From the NCBI GenBank assembly GCA_963782055.1, contig CAWAIF010000003.1, positions 5,088,001 to 5,152,000 on the forward strand: a DNA stretch of 64,000 bases. Reading direction: 5' to 3'. Of this stretch, positions 28,364-38,710 are shown in pieces. Position 1 is the stretch's first letter. Each line of letters starts with the position of its first letter. The notes beneath the pieces are model-generated. The model saw nothing but the letters and a program-made list of their open reading frames with translations. It had not been told where the DNA came from and made no database searches. The position numbers and the translations under genes were made by a program. The DNA comes from an uncultured delta proteobacterium (GTDB lineage Bacteria; Myxococcota_A; Polyangia; Polyangiales; Polyangiaceae).

Positions 28364-29539
28364 ATGCGCCGATGGCTTGGCCTCCTCCTGCTCGCGTGCG
28401 CGCTCACCTGCACTGCCTTCGGGTGCAGCGGCGGCGAGCCGGTCGGGGAGAGCGAGTGGGGGCTCAACACCAACGACAAGCCGGCGTTCCAGTTCTTCGT
28501 CGCCAAGGGCCTCACCAGCTTCCAGGCCGCGGGGATCGTGGGCAACCTGGATCAGGAGTCCAACGTCATCCCGACGGCGGTGCAGCAGGGCGGGCCCGGT
28601 CGTGGGATCGCGCAGTGGTCGGCCGGCGGGCGCTGGGACACCTCCACCAGCGACAACGCCCAGTGGTACGCGAGCAAGAAGGGCGAGAGCGTCTGGTCGC
28701 TGCAGCTCCAGCTGGAGTTCATCTGGTACGAGCTGACGACCTTCTCCGGCTACGGCCTCTCGGCGCTGAAGAAGACGACGAACGTCGGCGACGCGACCGT
28801 CGTCTTCCAGACCGACTTCGAGGGCTGCGGCAACTGCCAGCAGTCGACGCGCATCGCCTACGCGAAGGCGGTGCTCAACGCCTACGGCGCGATCCCCTAC
28901 GCGGCGAAGTTCGTGAGCCAGAGCTTCCCGCTCGCCACGACGACGATGAAGATGACGGCGGGCCAGGTCATCCCGGCGACCATCGAGCTGAAGAACACCG
29001 GGACCAAGGCGTGGGACTCCAAGACGCGCATCGGCACCACGCAGCCGCGCGATCGCACGAGCGCGTTCGCCGACTCCACGTGGATCTCCGCCGACCGCCC
29101 CGCCGGCGTGAAGGGCACCGTGGCGCCCGGCGCGACCTACAAGTTCCAGTTCGACCTCGCCGCGCCGGACAAGCCGGGCACCTACGACGAGTTCTTCGGT
29201 GTCGTGGAGGAGGGCGTCACCTGGTTCAGCGCGGCGGGTCAGGGCGGGCCGCAGGACGACCAGCTGGAGGTGAAGATCAAGGTGGTGGCGGCCGATGGGG
29301 GCACCCCGGCGGACGACGCGGGCACGACCACCGGCGGCGACAGCGACGCAGGCGACGCAGGCGCCCCCGACGGCGCGGACGACCAGGCCCCCGCGATCGA
29401 GTGGAACACCCAGGCGGGCGCGGGGTGCAGCGTCGGCGGCGCGCCCGACCGCCGCACCTCCCGCGCGAGCGGGCTGGGCCTGCTGCTGCTCGGGGGGCTC
29501 GCGGTGAGCCTGCGCCGGCGCCGCACGCGCCGGGTGTGA
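28364..29539 (+). CDS. Phage-tail-tip lysozyme domain + NBR1-like Ig domain + MYXO-CTERM-like anchor
   Basis: KGLTSFQAAGIVGNLDQES...GRGIAQW...QLEFIWYEL; LKNTGTKAW...VAPG..F.F.L.AP.KPGTY; GCSVGG-hydrophobic-RRRR tail. Confidence 0.85.
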   Translation: MRRWLGLLLLACALTCTAFGCSGGEPVGESEWGLNTNDKPAFQFFVAKGLTSFQAAGIVGNLDQESNVIPTAVQQGGPGRGIAQWSAGGRWDTSTSDNAQWYASKKGESVWSLQLQLEFIWYELTTFSGYGLSALKKTTNVGDATVVFQTDFEGCGNCQQSTRIAYAKAVLNAYGAIPYAAKFVSQSFPLATTTMKMTAGQVIPATIELKNTGTKAWDSKTRIGTTQPRDRTSAFADSTWISADRPAGVKGTVAPGATYKFQFDLAAPDKPGTYDEFFGVVEEGVTWFSAAGQGGPQDDQLEVKIKVVAADGGTPADDAGTTTGGDSDAGDAGAPDGADDQAPAIEWNTQAGAGCSVGGAPDRRTSRASGLGLLLLGGLAVSLRRRRTRRV

Positions 29540-29540
29540 G

Positions 29541-29939
29541 TTACGGGGCCCGCGTCCCGCGGGGCGACCGCTTCGGGATCTTGCGCTTGGAGGCGGGCGA
29601 GAAGGGATCGACGCCGGGCGCGTACTCGTAGTCGAACGGCCTCGGATCCCGCCGCGGCCACAGGTTGGTGAAGGTGTCCTCGCGCGCCGGACGGTACGCG
29701 ATGCGCATCCGCCGCTCCATCGCGCGGGTCGTGCGCCTGCGGACCGCCCTGTAGGCGGCCACGGGGAAGTCGGTCAGGATGAAGAAGTTGGTCGTGCCTG
29801 ATCCGATGTCGTGCCCGTCGACGACGTGCGACGTCGGCAGGGTGGCGATCAGGTCGTCCTCGAAGGCGACCATGGCGTCGAAGGACGGGAAGAAGTCCCC
29901 GGCGAACTGTACGACGAGCTGGTACTTCCTGGCGGCCAC
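29541..29939 (-). CDS. Conserved hypothetical protein (KYQLVVQF...VDGHDIGSG..NFFI type)
   Basis: GTG 29939 with TATGCT 7 nt upstream; globular-looking N-terminal half. Confidence 0.65.
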   Translation of the reverse strand: MAARKYQLVVQFAGDFFPSFDAMVAFEDDLIATLPTSHVVDGHDIGSGTTNFFILTDFPVAAYRAVRRRTTRAMERRMRIAYRPAREDTFTNLWPRRDPRPFDYEYAPGVDPFSPASKRKIPKRSPRGTRAP

Positions 29940-29968
29940 TGCGCCGAGCATACCGCGGCGCCGCACGA

Positions 29969-31483
29969 TCAGCGGGCTTTCGGTGCGATCTCCAGCGCGA
30001 CGTCGCGCACGCGCACGTCGCGCAGACTACCCGAGACGCTCTGCGGCGAGAGGTTGCCGAACCGCAGCCCCGCGCTGGCGGCCCCGACGTCCAGCCCGGC
30101 GCGCAGGAGCCGCACCGCACCCAGCGACAGGCGATCCACCCCGGCGTGGACGCCCGTGACGGCGACGTCCAGGTGGCCAGGGACCGGCTCGCCCTCGAAC
30201 GCCATGTGGACGTCGCCGCTGACGGTCACCGACTCGATCGACTTCTTGCCCGTCTCGCCGAGGCGCACCACGCCGCCGCCCAGCGCAACCTCCGCCGGCG
30301 CGGGCACCGAGACGGCGATGGCGATCGGCGCGAAGTCCAGGCGGAGCAGGCGGACCTTCTTCTTCTTGCCCGGCTCGGCCTCCTTGCGGGGCCTGGGCGG
30401 CGGGAGGTGGTACTGCAGCAGACGTCGCAGGCTCACCCGCCCCTGCTTCGCCAGCTCACGGTCGGCGGGATCGACGAGCGACCACGACACCAGCGTGACG
30501 TTGTCGAAGTGGACGATGGGGATCACGTCCAGCTCCAGGATGAGCTCGTCCTTCTCCACCTCGAAGTCCAGGACGGCGTCCTCCAGGGAGGAGAGGCTGT
30601 GCTCGAGGTTCTTGAAGCTGACGGATCCGGCCTCGATCGGGATGCGAAGGGGGTGATGGACCTCCCGGTTCTCCAGGATGGCCAGCGCCGCGGTGACCTT
30701 GGCGTCGACTGCGAGGCTGCCCTCGAGCTGATCGAGCGCGGGGATGTCGGGCATGGCGCGCGGACCGGGCGCGGCCTCGGCCGGCTTCCGCGGCGAGAAG
30801 GTGTGGTCGACCTTCGCCTCGGACAGGGCGACCTCGGCGAGCTCCAGGTGCTGCCCGGCGAAGGACAGACCGCGTGCCTCGACGCCGCCGATCTCCACGG
30901 GAGTGCCCCCCGACGCGAGCGCCACCCCGGTGAGCTGCACGCGCTCCGCGATGACGCGCGGCGGCCCGCCCACCACCTCCACGCGCACCTTCTCGACACG
31001 CATCTCGACGGCCGTGAGCTTCAGCTTCGGGTGGCTCACGCTCATCGCGCGCGCGATCAGCGTCCCCACGGCGACCGCGAGCCTCCCGTCCGCCGCGCGC
31101 TCGACCACCAGGTCATGGACGGTGACGCCACCTGTCACCACCAGCTCCCCCGCCGCGTATTCGATGCCCGCGAGCGCCGCGCTCTTCACGTCCAGGTGCA
31201 TCGTGGTGGCCGCTCCGCCCGGAGGCACCGCGAGCTCGAACCGCACGCCCTCGAGGCGCGAGGATTGCCGCAGCGCGACCTGCCCCGCGCCGATCTGCCA
31301 GAGCGCCTCCGTCACCTCGAGGAGGGCGGAGGCCGCGTCGACGACGTGCCGCCCGGCCTCCAGCGCATAGTAGCCGGTGACCCCGCCCGAGCGCCCGAGG
31401 GCGATCCGGTTCTTGCGACCGTCCGCCACCGCGTTCTCGAAGCGAAACGCGTCAGCGAGCAGAGCCTGGGCGTCGATCCTCAT
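29969..31483 (-). CDS. Hypothetical beta-rich protein (AsmA-like character)
   Basis: Long run of alternating hydrophobic beta strands; ATG 31483. Confidence 0.65.
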   Translation of the reverse strand: MRIDAQALLADAFRFENAVADGRKNRIALGRSGGVTGYYALEAGRHVVDAASALLEVTEALWQIGAGQVALRQSSRLEGVRFELAVPPGGAATTMHLDVKSAALAGIEYAAGELVVTGGVTVHDLVVERAADGRLAVAVGTLIARAMSVSHPKLKLTAVEMRVEKVRVEVVGGPPRVIAERVQLTGVALASGGTPVEIGGVEARGLSFAGQHLELAEVALSEAKVDHTFSPRKPAEAAPGPRAMPDIPALDQLEGSLAVDAKVTAALAILENREVHHPLRIPIEAGSVSFKNLEHSLSSLEDAVLDFEVEKDELILELDVIPIVHFDNVTLVSWSLVDPADRELAKQGRVSLRRLLQYHLPPPRPRKEAEPGKKKKVRLLRLDFAPIAIAVSVPAPAEVALGGGVVRLGETGKKSIESVTVSGDVHMAFEGEPVPGHLDVAVTGVHAGVDRLSLGAVRLLRAGLDVGAASAGLRFGNLSPQSVSGSLRDVRVRDVALEIAPKAR

Positions 31484-31581
31484 GACGATCGAACATACCG
31501 GATCCACTCCATGGCGCCCGAGCGGCGCACCATTTGCCGGCATGTCCCGGAGCACGCACGCGAGGAGCGCGCGCTTCGCCG

Positions 31582-31597
31582 TGGCGTATCCCTTGCA
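31582..31597 (+). promoter_or_regulatory. Putative sigma54 promoter
   Basis: TGGCGTatcccTTGCA, GG-N10-GC, 26 nt before ATG 31624. Confidence 0.55.
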
Positions 31598-31623
31598 ACT
31601 CTACCGGGCGCCGCTTCCGAACG

Positions 31624-32574
31624 ATGAGGATCGCCACCGCCACCCTGACGCTCTTGCTGACCTCGCTCGCCGCTTCCGCGCGCGCAGAGGCGCCCGCCGA
31701 CACGCAGAAGGTGCCGCCCGAACCGAAAGCTGCGTCGACCGCGGCCGCCCCTGCCACCACGCGGGCCTCGACGCCGCACGCCACGGGGAGCCTCCACTGG
31801 GATCCGGCCCACCCGCGCTTCCGGCCGTGGGAGTACGCGCTCACCGGGGCGGTCGGGCCGGTGGCCTTCGCCGAGTACTTCTTCGTGCGCCCCCAGAGCA
31901 CGCCGAGCTGGCAGGGCGGGATCCTCTTCGACGACGCCGCGCGCGACGCCCTCCGCCTCCGCTCGCCCGTCGGACAGCGCGCCTCGTGGACGATGGCCGA
32001 CGGCCTCGGGGTGTCGCTCATCATCATGACGATGGGGCTCGACTCCATCGTCGTTCCGCTCGCCAACGGGAGCGTCGACGTCGCCGTCCAGCTCACGCTG
32101 ATGGACATGGAGTCCTTCGCGCTGAGCTCGCTCCTCGCCATCACGCTCTACGATACCGTCGGCCGCGCGCGCCCGTCCTACGAGGACTGCCAGAAGGACC
32201 CCACCTACCAGGGCTGCCACACCAGCCCCACCGCCTCCTTCCCCAGCGGCCACATCAACGAGGCCTTCACCGCCGCCGGCCTCTCCTGCGCGCACCACAC
32301 CTTCATGCACCTTTACGGCAGCCGCCTCGCCGACGCCTTTGCCTGCGGGCGCGACGTCACCCTCGCCACCATGGAAGGCGTGCTGCGCGTGATGGGCGAT
32401 CGCCACTACGTCAGCGACGTCATCGTGGGGAGCGCCATCGGCTTCGCCTTCGGCTTCGGGCTGCCCACGCTGCTGCACTACGTGAAGTGGGGCCCGAACA
32501 ACGCGACCGCGCCGGTGATGATCGCTCCGATGTTCGGTCCGGCGACGGGCCTCGTCGCCGGAGGCGCGTTCTGA
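31624..32574 (+). CDS. PAP2-family phosphatase
   Basis: VGRARP, SFPSGH, RVMGDRHYVSDV motifs (C1 Lys not conserved); signal peptide. Confidence 0.88.
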   Translation: MRIATATLTLLLTSLAASARAEAPADTQKVPPEPKAASTAAAPATTRASTPHATGSLHWDPAHPRFRPWEYALTGAVGPVAFAEYFFVRPQSTPSWQGGILFDDAARDALRLRSPVGQRASWTMADGLGVSLIIMTMGLDSIVVPLANGSVDVAVQLTLMDMESFALSSLLAITLYDTVGRARPSYEDCQKDPTYQGCHTSPTASFPSGHINEAFTAAGLSCAHHTFMHLYGSRLADAFACGRDVTLATMEGVLRVMGDRHYVSDVIVGSAIGFAFGFGLPTLLHYVKWGPNNATAPVMIAPMFGPATGLVAGGAF

Positions 32575-32583
32575 GGCGCATCC

Positions 32584-34509
32584 CTACCGGCGACGACGGC
32601 GGCGGAGCCCGACGAGGCCCAGCGCGACCAGCGCCGCATAGCCGCCCGCGGCGCCGCCGGTCGTGGTCGCGTGGCACCCGCAGCCACCGCTCTCCGAGGC
32701 GCCCCCGCCCCCGCCGTCGGGCTGCTCCCCGGCGTCAGCCCCGCCGTCCGCCCCCGCGCCGGCGTCGCCCGCGGGGGCCGACGTGCAGCCGACCGGCTCG
32801 TTCGTCTCGTCGACGCCCTCGGGCCGGACGCCGTAGATCGGCGCCGGGCACCCGGTCTCCTGCGCGCCCAGGTCCGGCGCGGCACCGGCGAAGCCGTCGG
32901 TGACGTTCGGCAGGATGGTGCCGTGATCGATCGCGTCGGAGCCGGGCGCGAGCTTCCCGTCGAACGGCGTCACGGCCGTCTTGTAGCTCGCCGGCGTGAC
33001 GAGGCCACTCGCGAAGATGTCGCTCCCGACGACGCGGCCGTGCGCCTCGTACTTCCCGCCCGCGGCGAGCGCGGCGAAGCTCGCGTAGTTCGCGCCCGTC
33101 GCGCCGTAGCCCATGTGGAACTGCCCGTCGGGGTACCAGCCGTTCCAGTCGAGCAGATCGGTGGCGGGGTCGACGGGCTGGTCCCAGTTCACCGCGCGCC
33201 CGCCCTGCGGCGTGGCGGGGCCGATCCACAGGTTGTTCTCCATGATCAGCCCGTGCGCGGTGGTGCTGTCCAGCACCTGAAACGCGTACGCGGAGCTCAT
33301 GAAGGTGTTGTTCAGCAGGACGACGCCCACCGTCTCGTTGTGCAGCTTGACCTGCTCGACCACCGCGTTGACGACCAGGTTGCGGATGGCGTACGCCGGC
33401 CCGCCGAAGATGGGCTGCATGCTGATGGGCATGTACGCGTTGGTGAAGCGGTTGCGGAAGCAGCGGCTGTTGCCCGACGTCTGGTCCAGCTCGATCGCGT
33501 TGTCGTAGGCGTCGTTCACGTCGTTGCCGTAGAAGTCCACGGCGCGGGCGCCCACCTGCTCCACCTTCAGCGCGTCGCCGAAGCCGTCCACCTCGTTGTG
33601 GCAGACCACGTGCCCGTCGCCCTCGACGTGGATGCCGTCGTCGTTGGCGTGCGCGCCGCCGTCGTCGCTGTAGACGAGCGGCCAGCTCAGGCGCCCCTCC
33701 AGCAGGTTGTCGCAGATGTAGAAGTCCTGCTGGTCCGGGTTGGACCCGAAGCCCAGCACCACGTCCCTGGCGTGGACGCGTCGGACGACGTTGTCGGTCG
33801 CGGGCGAACCGTGAAAGCGCAGCGCGCGGTTGTCGTGCTGGAGGGTGAGTCGCTCGACGTGCGTGTAGCTCCCCTCGACGGAGAGCACGTTGCCGCCGGC
33901 GTCGCCGCCGTCCAGGATGACCGTGTCGCGATCCACGCCGCGGATGACGATGGGATCGGGCGCGGTGCCGCTCGCGTCGAGCGTGAACTCGCCGGCGTAG
34001 GTCCCGGCGGCGAGCGTGATGACGTCGCCCGGCTTCGCGGCGTTCAGCGCCGACTCGAGCTCCGCCGCGGTGGCCACGTTCACCACGTGCGGCGTCGCCG
34101 GCTCCTCAGCGGGCACCGGCCGCGTCGTGCCGGAGGTGGTCACAGTCTGGTCGCCGCCGTCCGGATCGTGCGCGGTGAGCTCGATGTCGTACGCCGTCGC
34201 CGGCCGGAGATCGAAGATGGAGCCCGCGAACTCGGGCGTCGCCGCGGCGCCGCTCACCAGCTCCGCATGCACGCGATAGAGCGGGAGCGCGTCGCGCCAC
34301 GCGGTGGACCCCTTCACGCGCACGCGCACCGTCACCGTCGCGTTGAAGTTGTCGTCGCCGGTGAGCGGCCAGCGCACGCCCAGCGCCACGACCGTCGGCC
34401 GGTCCAGCGTCGGCGTCCCGAGGTGCAGCACGTCGTCGGCCCAGGCGCTCGCGGGCACGAGCACCCCGGCCATCGCCACGCACGCGCCCGCCCAGCCTCG
34501 CCAGCCCAT
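32584..34509 (-). CDS. Right-handed beta-helix (chondroitinase-B-like) surface protein with MYXO-CTERM-like anchor
   Basis: ALNAAKPGDVITLAAGTY, GTAPDPIVIRG, Asn-ladder repeats, APDLGAQE; GCGC-hydrophobic-RRRRRR tail. Confidence 0.85.
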   Translation of the reverse strand: MGWRGWAGACVAMAGVLVPASAWADDVLHLGTPTLDRPTVVALGVRWPLTGDDNFNATVTVRVRVKGSTAWRDALPLYRVHAELVSGAAATPEFAGSIFDLRPATAYDIELTAHDPDGGDQTVTTSGTTRPVPAEEPATPHVVNVATAAELESALNAAKPGDVITLAAGTYAGEFTLDASGTAPDPIVIRGVDRDTVILDGGDAGGNVLSVEGSYTHVERLTLQHDNRALRFHGSPATDNVVRRVHARDVVLGFGSNPDQQDFYICDNLLEGRLSWPLVYSDDGGAHANDDGIHVEGDGHVVCHNEVDGFGDALKVEQVGARAVDFYGNDVNDAYDNAIELDQTSGNSRCFRNRFTNAYMPISMQPIFGGPAYAIRNLVVNAVVEQVKLHNETVGVVLLNNTFMSSAYAFQVLDSTTAHGLIMENNLWIGPATPQGGRAVNWDQPVDPATDLLDWNGWYPDGQFHMGYGATGANYASFAALAAGGKYEAHGRVVGSDIFASGLVTPASYKTAVTPFDGKLAPGSDAIDHGTILPNVTDGFAGAAPDLGAQETGCPAPIYGVRPEGVDETNEPVGCTSAPAGDAGAGADGGADAGEQPDGGGGGASESGGCGCHATTTGGAAGGYAALVALGLVGLRRRRRR

Positions 34510-34739
34510 CCGGGGAGCGTAGCAAGAGTCGGTCCCGGTGGACTCGCCTTCCGCGGAGTCGGCGGGGGAAGGGAAAATAGGGAGGGAACCCGTGGGGGGG
34601 GAGAGGCGGAGGTCGGCTGGCGAGAAAGCCTGTCAGCCGCGGACGGCTGGCGCGTCCGTGCGGGCTGGATGTCTTCCAGGGTCGTGCGCTACATTCGCCC
34701 GGGCGCTCGTTCGCCCTCCCGCAGGCCGGGCGCCACGCC

Positions 34740-35405
34740 ATGGCCGCATACGAAAAACTCACCGACGCCGAACTCTTCCAGCTCGTGCTCGACGCGCGGG
34801 CCAAGGGCCAGGATCCCAGCCGCGCCCTGGGCGCCCTCGTCGAGCGCTGGCGCCGCGCCGCCGCCGTCGTGGTGCGCCGCGTGCAAGCCAGCTACCGCGC
34901 CGGCACCCCCGACGACGAGGCCGAGCTCTACCAGGAGGCCGTGCGCAAGTTCATCGAGCGCGGCCTCGACCAGTTCCGCGGCGTCTCGGAGGTCCGCCCC
35001 GGGCAGGCCGCTTCCCCGAAGACCTTCTTCCTTCGCATCGTCAAGCACGCCACCATCGACGCCTACCGCAGGCAGCGCGAGCTGCTCGAGGGCGGCCCGA
35101 AGGGCGACGAGGAGGACAACCACGAGTCGCCGCGCGAGATCGCGCACGCCATCGCCCTGTCCAAGCGCGCCTCCCAGCGCGACGAGGCCGCGGGCCTCTA
35201 CTGGGCCGCGTTCGCGCGGCTCCAGAAGGAGCACCCCAACGAGGCCGCCGCCTGGGACGCCTATCACCACCAGGATCTCGAGGATCACGAAACATGCGCC
35301 AAGCACCTGAGCATCACCGTCGCGAACTCCTACAAGCGTGTCAGCCGCGCCCAGGCGTACATGCGCCTGTACCTGCAGGAGCTGATGGACGACTCGGAGG
35401 CTTGA
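34740..35405 (+). CDS. Divergent ECF-type sigma factor
   Basis: Region-2-like EAELYQEA...KTFFLRIVKHATIDAYRR; region-4-like ETCAKHLSITVANSYKRVSRA. Confidence 0.82.
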   Translation: MAAYEKLTDAELFQLVLDARAKGQDPSRALGALVERWRRAAAVVVRRVQASYRAGTPDDEAELYQEAVRKFIERGLDQFRGVSEVRPGQAASPKTFFLRIVKHATIDAYRRQRELLEGGPKGDEEDNHESPREIAHAIALSKRASQRDEAAGLYWAAFARLQKEHPNEAAAWDAYHHQDLEDHETCAKHLSITVANSYKRVSRAQAYMRLYLQELMDDSEA

Positions 35406-35406
35406 G

Positions 35407-36234
35407 GTGAGCGCGCCGGACACGGCGCCCGCCCGCCTCGCCGGCCTCCGGGCCGAGCTGCGGGAGGCGTCGGCGAAGGTGCGCGATCACGATGGGTCGG
35501 CCACGCAGCAGGCGGGCCACATCCTCGCGCTCGCGGGGGATCTCCTCCGCCGCTCGCAGGCGCTGGGCGACGCCTCCCACGACGTGGACGAGGCCCTCGC
35601 CAAGATCGGCAAGGACGCGGCGGCGGCGTTCGTCGCGTCGCTCGACCCGGCGCGCGAGCGCCGGTCCCTCGAGGCCGCGATGAACGCCGCGTTCGAGTGC
35701 CTGCTCGCCGACGAGGGCGAGGCCGAGGCGCTCGCCCGCGCGGCGATGGAAGGGCTCGTCGCGCGGGATCGCCTCGCCTCGGTCGACGCGGCCATGGCCC
35801 ACGCCGGCCTGGACCCCTCCCCCATCCAGGGCGTCACGCGCGCCGTCGACGCCGGCCTGGTCAAGAAGGCGCGCATGCTCGTCGCCCTCAACGCCGTCCG
35901 GCGCGACGAGCTCGGCGTGCTGAATACGGGCGATCAGGAGGGCGCGTGGTGGTTCTCGGCGAGAGCGCGGTGCGATGAGCTCCGCGCTTTTTATTTGGGC
36001 GAAGATCCCTCCGGCGCCGCCCACCTGGCCTCCTGTCCCGACTGCCGGCGCGACGTCCGCGCGGCGGCGTCAACACGCGCGCACAAGCCGGACCACATCG
36101 GCCCGGAGGCGCTCTGGCGGCGCGACAGCGGCGACGCCACGCCGGCCGAGCTCCGCTGGATGGACGGACACCTGAAGGAGTGCCGCGCCTGCGCGCAGGC
36201 AGTGCGCGCCCTGCACGACGCCGAAGAAGAGTGA
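35407..36234 (+). CDS. Putative cytoplasmic anti-sigma with two C-terminal zf-HC2 (ZAS) motifs
   Basis: HLASCPDC and HLKECRAC; 1 nt after the sigma gene; no TM helix. Confidence 0.72.
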   Translation: MSAPDTAPARLAGLRAELREASAKVRDHDGSATQQAGHILALAGDLLRRSQALGDASHDVDEALAKIGKDAAAAFVASLDPARERRSLEAAMNAAFECLLADEGEAEALARAAMEGLVARDRLASVDAAMAHAGLDPSPIQGVTRAVDAGLVKKARMLVALNAVRRDELGVLNTGDQEGAWWFSARARCDELRAFYLGEDPSGAAHLASCPDCRRDVRAAASTRAHKPDHIGPEALWRRDSGDATPAELRWMDGHLKECRACAQAVRALHDAEEE

Positions 36235-36902
36235 CTGGCCCAAGGCGCCTCCTCTTCCTGCTCGCGCGGACGCTCCGCGCGCTCGCCGCCGCGCCGCTCC
36301 GCTGGAGGGCGCGCGGGTGGGCGGCGTTTCTGGTGGTCGCCGCGGGGACGCTCGGCGCGTTCGCATGGAAGCGCCCGATCCAGCAGGCCCTGCACTCCCA
36401 TGGCCAGCACGCGCTGGACGCGACGGCGCGCGTCGCCAGCGCCGTCGGCGGCGGCTGGCCCCTCGTCGCCTTCATCGCCGCGCTGCACCTGCTCGGGTGG
36501 CTCACCCGCCGCCGATCCATCGTGGACGCGGCGATGGTGCTCACCGTCGCCGGCATCGCGTGCTGGCTGCTCACCGCCTTTGGCCAGCTCTCGCTCGCGG
36601 AGGCCCGCCCACGCCACGGCGGCGCGATGACCTTCTTCCACCTGCACGGCCACGGCGTCTCCGGTCACGCGTCGGCCGCCGCGGTCCTCTACGGCCCGAT
36701 GTCCGGTGTCCTGGCGCGCGGGTGGCCGGCGGTGGCGCGCCGCGCCCTCGCCGCCGCGCTCGCCGGCTGGATCGTGCTGGTCGCCTGGTCGCGGGTGTGG
36801 CTGGACGAGCACTTCCTCTGGAACGTCCTGCTCGGCGCCGCGGTCGGCGTGTGGACGGGCCTCGCGGCGGTGCGCGCGTGGGAGAGCTCGCAGCCCGCGT
36901 GA
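36231..36902 (+). CDS. PAP2-family membrane protein
   Basis: GTGA overlap; EARP, GVSGH, SRVWLDEHFLWNV; several TM helices. Confidence 0.75.
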   Translation: MTGPRRLLFLLARTLRALAAAPLRWRARGWAAFLVVAAGTLGAFAWKRPIQQALHSHGQHALDATARVASAVGGGWPLVAFIAALHLLGWLTRRRSIVDAAMVLTVAGIACWLLTAFGQLSLAEARPRHGGAMTFFHLHGHGVSGHASAAAVLYGPMSGVLARGWPAVARRALAAALAGWIVLVAWSRVWLDEHFLWNVLLGAAVGVWTGLAAVRAWESSQPA

Positions 36903-37005
36903 GCCGCGCGCGTCACGCGGCCCCACCGGACGGCCGGCTCGCGTCCCTTCGCCGTCTCCTCGGCATCGCGCCCACCTCACGGCGTACGGGTGCTAACGTG
37001 ATCGC

Positions 37006-38626
37006 ATGAGGGTGCGTAACTTCTGGGCGGTCTTGCTTCCACTCGCGATCGTCGTGGCGTGCGGCAGCAACGACAACAACCGGTTCGGCAACGACGGCGG
37101 CACCGACGGCGACCTGAACGGCGACGCGCCGCAGTTCGGCGGGGACGGCGGGGACAGCGGCCTGACCGAGGCGACGTGCGCGAGCGCCGCCGCCGCCAAG
37201 TCGTATGTCGGCTGTGACTACTGGCCGACCATCGTCGCCAACACGGTGTGGGACATCTTCGACTACGCCGTCGTCGTGGCGAACGCGAGCACCAAGACCG
37301 CCAGCATCACCATCACCGGGCCCAACGGCACCAACCAGACCGCCACCGTCAGCCCCGGCTCGCTGCAGAAGTTCTACCTGCCGTGGGTGAAGTCGCTCAA
37401 GGGCAAGGACTTCGACCCCGACACGAGCGTCGCGGGCGACGAGCTCACCGCCTCCGTCCTGGCGCACGCGGGTGCCTTCCACCTGGTGAGCAGCGTCCCG
37501 GTGAGCGTCTATCAGTTCAACGCGATCGAGTACAAGCCGTCGGGCGGCCCCGGCGGCAAGAACTGGAGCGCGTGCCCGGCGGACACCGGGCTGGGGGTCA
37601 ACTGCTACTCCTACTCCAACGACGCGTCCCTGCTCTTGCCCAGCACCGCCATGACGGGCAACTACCGGGTCATGGGCCAGAAGGGCTGGTCGGAGGGCGG
37701 GCAGTCCGTGCTCGGCCCGTACTTCGCCATCACCGCCACGGCGAACGGCACGAAGGTGACCGTCAAGACGAGCGCCGGCGCCAAGGTGCTCGCCGGCGGC
37801 GGCGTGCCCGCCATCAACGGCGCCGGGACCTTCACCGTCAGCCTGAACCAGGGCGACGTGCTGGAGGTCGCGGGCCAGAAGGGCGACCAGACCGACTTCA
37901 GCGGCTCGCTGGTGCAGGCGTCGGCCCCGGTGCAGGTGATCACCGGCGTGCAGTGCATCTACCAGCCGGAGGGCACCTCGGCCTGCGACCACATCGAGGA
38001 GTCGGTCTTCCCCGCCGAGACGCTCGGCCAGCACTACGTCGTCACCGTCCCCACGAGCCCCACGGGCAACGTGGTCGGCCACATCGTGCGCGTCTTCGGC
38101 AACGTGGACGGCACCAAGCTCACCTATGCCCCGTCCAAGCCGGCCGGCTGCCCCGCCGCGATCAACGCCGGCCAGGTGGTTGACTGCGGCGTCGTGAAGA
38201 ACGACTTCGAGGTCAAGGGCGACAACGCCTTCGGCGTGGGCAGCTACGCGCTCGGCGGGTCGATGGTCGATCCCTCCGGCGGCGACGGCGATCCCGCGCA
38301 GAGCTTCGCCGTCGCGGTCGAGCAGTACCGCACCGCGTACATCTTCCTCGCGCCCAGCGACTACGACATCAGCTACGTCGACATCGTCGGCCCCACCGGC
38401 GTCAACGTCACCGTGGACGGCACCGCCGTCGGCTCCTTCAAGGCGGTGGGATTCGAGCGGCTTCGGCGTGGCGCGCTTCAAGCTGGGCCCGGGCAACGGC
38501 GGGGCGCACACGCTGCAGGCGTCCGCCCCGGTCGGCATCCAGGTCATGGGCTACGGCCTGTACACCAGCTACCAGTACCCCGGCGGCTCCGATCTCACCG
38601 CCATCGCCCCGCCGCCGGTGAAGTAG
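37006..38626 (+). pseudogene. IgGFc-binding-family lipoprotein with a frameshift near 38452 (real or sequencing error)
   Basis: SYVGCDYW, SNDASLLLP, CDHIEE..FP.ETLG..Y in frame 1; the natural C-terminus (GAHTLQASAPVGIQVMGYG..SYQYPGG...PPPVK*) is in frame 2. Confidence 0.85.
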
Positions 38627-38710
38627 CCTACCGCCGGGCTCGTAGCCGCGGCGCGCGCCGTCCGGCGTGGCGGCCGGCGCGGTGTACACTCGTACCCCGA
38701 GGAGCATGCC

